From: Rhodothermales bacterium
GTDB lineage: Bacteria > Bacteroidota > Rhodothermia > Rhodothermales > JAHQVL01
Direction: 5' to 3'
Length of the DNA: 64,000 bases
NCBI GenBank assembly: GCA_965263205.1
Contig: CBDHHF010000026.1
Location: 155,486-219,485 of the forward strand
Each line of letters starts with the position of its first letter. The first letter of the stretch is position 1. The notes under the pieces are model-generated. The model was not told the origin of the DNA, did no database searches, and saw nothing but the letters and a program-made list of their open reading frames with translations. The translations under genes were made by a program, and so were the position numbers. Shown here in pieces: positions 62,148 to 64,000 of the stretch.

Positions 62148-63266
62148 ATGGTGCTCCCACAGCCGGGATATACCACCTTTGCTGAAATCGATACCCAGCG
62201 GCTGAAACGCAACATCACACGGCTTCGAAAACAAGCTGGTGAGATCGCCTTAATGGCCGTAATCAAGGCCGACGCGTATGGGCATGGCATGACCGCCATG
62301 GCACCGCACATGTTGTCGGCCGGTATCAAGCACTTCATGGTGGCCACGCTCGATGAGGCCATCAAGCTGCGCACCGTTGCACCAAATGCCACCATCCTTG
62401 TTGCCTCCCCGCCGCACCCTGAAAATCTACCCATTTACGCGGCACTCAAGCTGGATGCCTCGGTAACTTCAGCAGCGATTGCGGAGCAACTACTTGCTGC
62501 GCCACAAAATCATGAACCCGTGTCCGTCCATATAAAAATCAACACGGGCATGAATCGTTTAGGGCTTGCACAGGCGGTTGCACCAGAAACGATAGCCCGG
62601 TTGCTCGCTTCTCCTGCCGTTCGGGTGGCCGGCTTGTGGTCACACCTAGCCACCGCAGGCGACCCCGACAAACAGTTTGCACGACAACAAATTGAAGCGG
62701 CCTACGCCATCCTGGACAACTTCCCGGATTTCGATGGCTACTTTCACGTCGGCAATAGCGGCACACTCCTGAACTTGCGGGATGAGATTGGCCGCCATCA
62801 CAAAGAACTGGTACGGCTGGGTGGCGCTTTTCTGGGCATTCCTGCATCGCGTAAACTTGCAAAAGCGTTTAATCTTGAACCCGTCATGGCGCTCAAGTCG
62901 CGCGTGATCCACGTAAACAATCTTGTGGCCGGCGACGCCGTATCGTACGGCAGAACATGGACTGCTCCAGCCACAACGCGTATTGCTGTGATCGGCGCCG
63001 GCTACGCAGACGGCTACCCTTCAGCACTATCCGATAAAGGCACCGTCAAAATAGGCAACGCAATCTACCCCATCGTGGGCAGGGTTTGTATGGACATGTT
63101 TATGGTAGAGCTTGGCAAAGACAACACCGCTGTCCAACCCGGTGACGAGGTACTGCTCTTTGGTGAAGATCATGCAACCATGTACGAACTTGCGAAGGTA
63201 GCCGGCCTTGTGCACTATGAAATCTGCTGCCGCATTCCTTTGCGCGTGCCCAGAACATATCTGTAA
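62148..63266 (+). CDS. alr: Alanine racemase
   Basis: AVIKADAYGHG, NTGMNRLG, GYADG, GRVCMD; start placed at MVLPQ. Confidence 0.95.
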   Translation: MVLPQPGYTTFAEIDTQRLKRNITRLRKQAGEIALMAVIKADAYGHGMTAMAPHMLSAGIKHFMVATLDEAIKLRTVAPNATILVASPPHPENLPIYAALKLDASVTSAAIAEQLLAAPQNHEPVSVHIKINTGMNRLGLAQAVAPETIARLLASPAVRVAGLWSHLATAGDPDKQFARQQIEAAYAILDNFPDFDGYFHVGNSGTLLNLRDEIGRHHKELVRLGGAFLGIPASRKLAKAFNLEPVMALKSRVIHVNNLVAGDAVSYGRTWTAPATTRIAVIGAGYADGYPSALSDKGTVKIGNAIYPIVGRVCMDMFMVELGKDNTAVQPGDEVLLFGEDHATMYELAKVAGLVHYEICCRIPLRVPRTYL

Positions 63267-63669
63267 TTGATTAAATCTAGCTTAAGTGCAAACACACCAA
63301 TCCTGTCGGATGGCTGTGTTTGCTGTTGTACGTTGCAGGTTACAGGTTTAATGTTATGGGCCTTTATAAGTTTGCTTAAAATTGAAGGGGTTACTACCAC
63401 ATGGAGTAACCAATTACGAATCGTATTTATTGCATGCCACAAAATCATACAAACGCATGCCTGAACAAGCTCTTGGCACCCATAAAGGGTGATTTTGACC
63501 ATTTTTAGGGCGATCAAAAATTACTCATCCGGATCCATAGGTATATCTGTGCGTTTTTCGTAGATTCTTTGGCATAAGATGGGTGCTGCCCTACGCTATA
63601 GGGCGAACAAACCTGATCCCCGGAGGGACTGTCTTATTCCAACTGTTTAGAAACAACCATTAGCCAAGC

Positions 63670-64000
63670 ATGATCACTGCTGACCCCTCTGATATAAATA
63701 TCCTCGTCGTCGACGACGAAGAAGACGTAGTAGAAGTTGTAAGTCATTTCCTGGAGCAGGAAGGATATACGGTACAGAAGGCTTTTGACGGAGAAGAAGC
63801 CTTAACCAAAGCCACCGCTGAAATTGACCTGATTATACTGGACATTATGTTGCCCGGCCTGGATGGATATGAAGTGTGTAAAACACTCCGTTCCCGGGCT
63901 GAAACAGAAACGATCCCCATCATCTTCCTCAGCGCCAAAATTGAGGAAGAAGACCAGGTTAAAGGCCTCATGTTGGGTGGCGATGACTATCTCACCAAGC
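63670..64000 (+). CDS. Response regulator, truncated by the window end
   Basis: ILVVDDE, DLIILDIMLPGLDG, IIFLSAK, DDYLTK. Confidence 0.9.
   Translation, partial: MITADPSDINILVVDDEEDVVEVVSHFLEQEGYTVQKAFDGEEALTKATAEIDLIILDIMLPGLDGYEVCKTLRSRAETETIPIIFLSAKIEEEDQVKGLMLGGDDYLTK

Overview
Bacterial chromosomal window. Gene content and codon style suggest Bacteroidota/Rhodothermia (inference). It is mostly housekeeping: sufA/sufBCDSE plus a DUF59 gene, sppA, gpmI, nth, ribH, ftsE, pdxA, pepA, hppD, ddl, pyrC, alr, tRNA-Glu and tRNA-His. The main signal is an approx. 10.5 kb accessory island (about 22.7-33.1 kb) next to the 3' end of tRNA-Glu. It holds one tightly coupled minus-strand operon: TIR protein - MoxR AAA+ ATPase - vWA-like protein fused to TWO tandem FGE-sulfatase/C-type-lectin domains - HRDC protein - reverse transcriptase - template repeat (TR) - stand-alone FGE/CLec target. 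A second, membrane-anchored TIR gene is transcribed divergently. This is a diversity-generating retroelement (DGR) embedded in a MoxR-vWA conflict system. One 125-nt TR (12 AAC codons) matches three variable regions whose substitutions all fall on TR adenines. Two of these VRs lie in the same reading unit (one internal), and two carry insertions at adenine sites. The large target has several frameshifts, which may be assembly errors. Other notable items: a pseudokinase-TM-TPR-TonB fusion, a lipoprotein nuclease-like toxin/immunity pair, a Ser/Arg-rich repeat protein, a degenerate enhancer-binding protein after the suf genes, and REP-like and heptamer repeat families.
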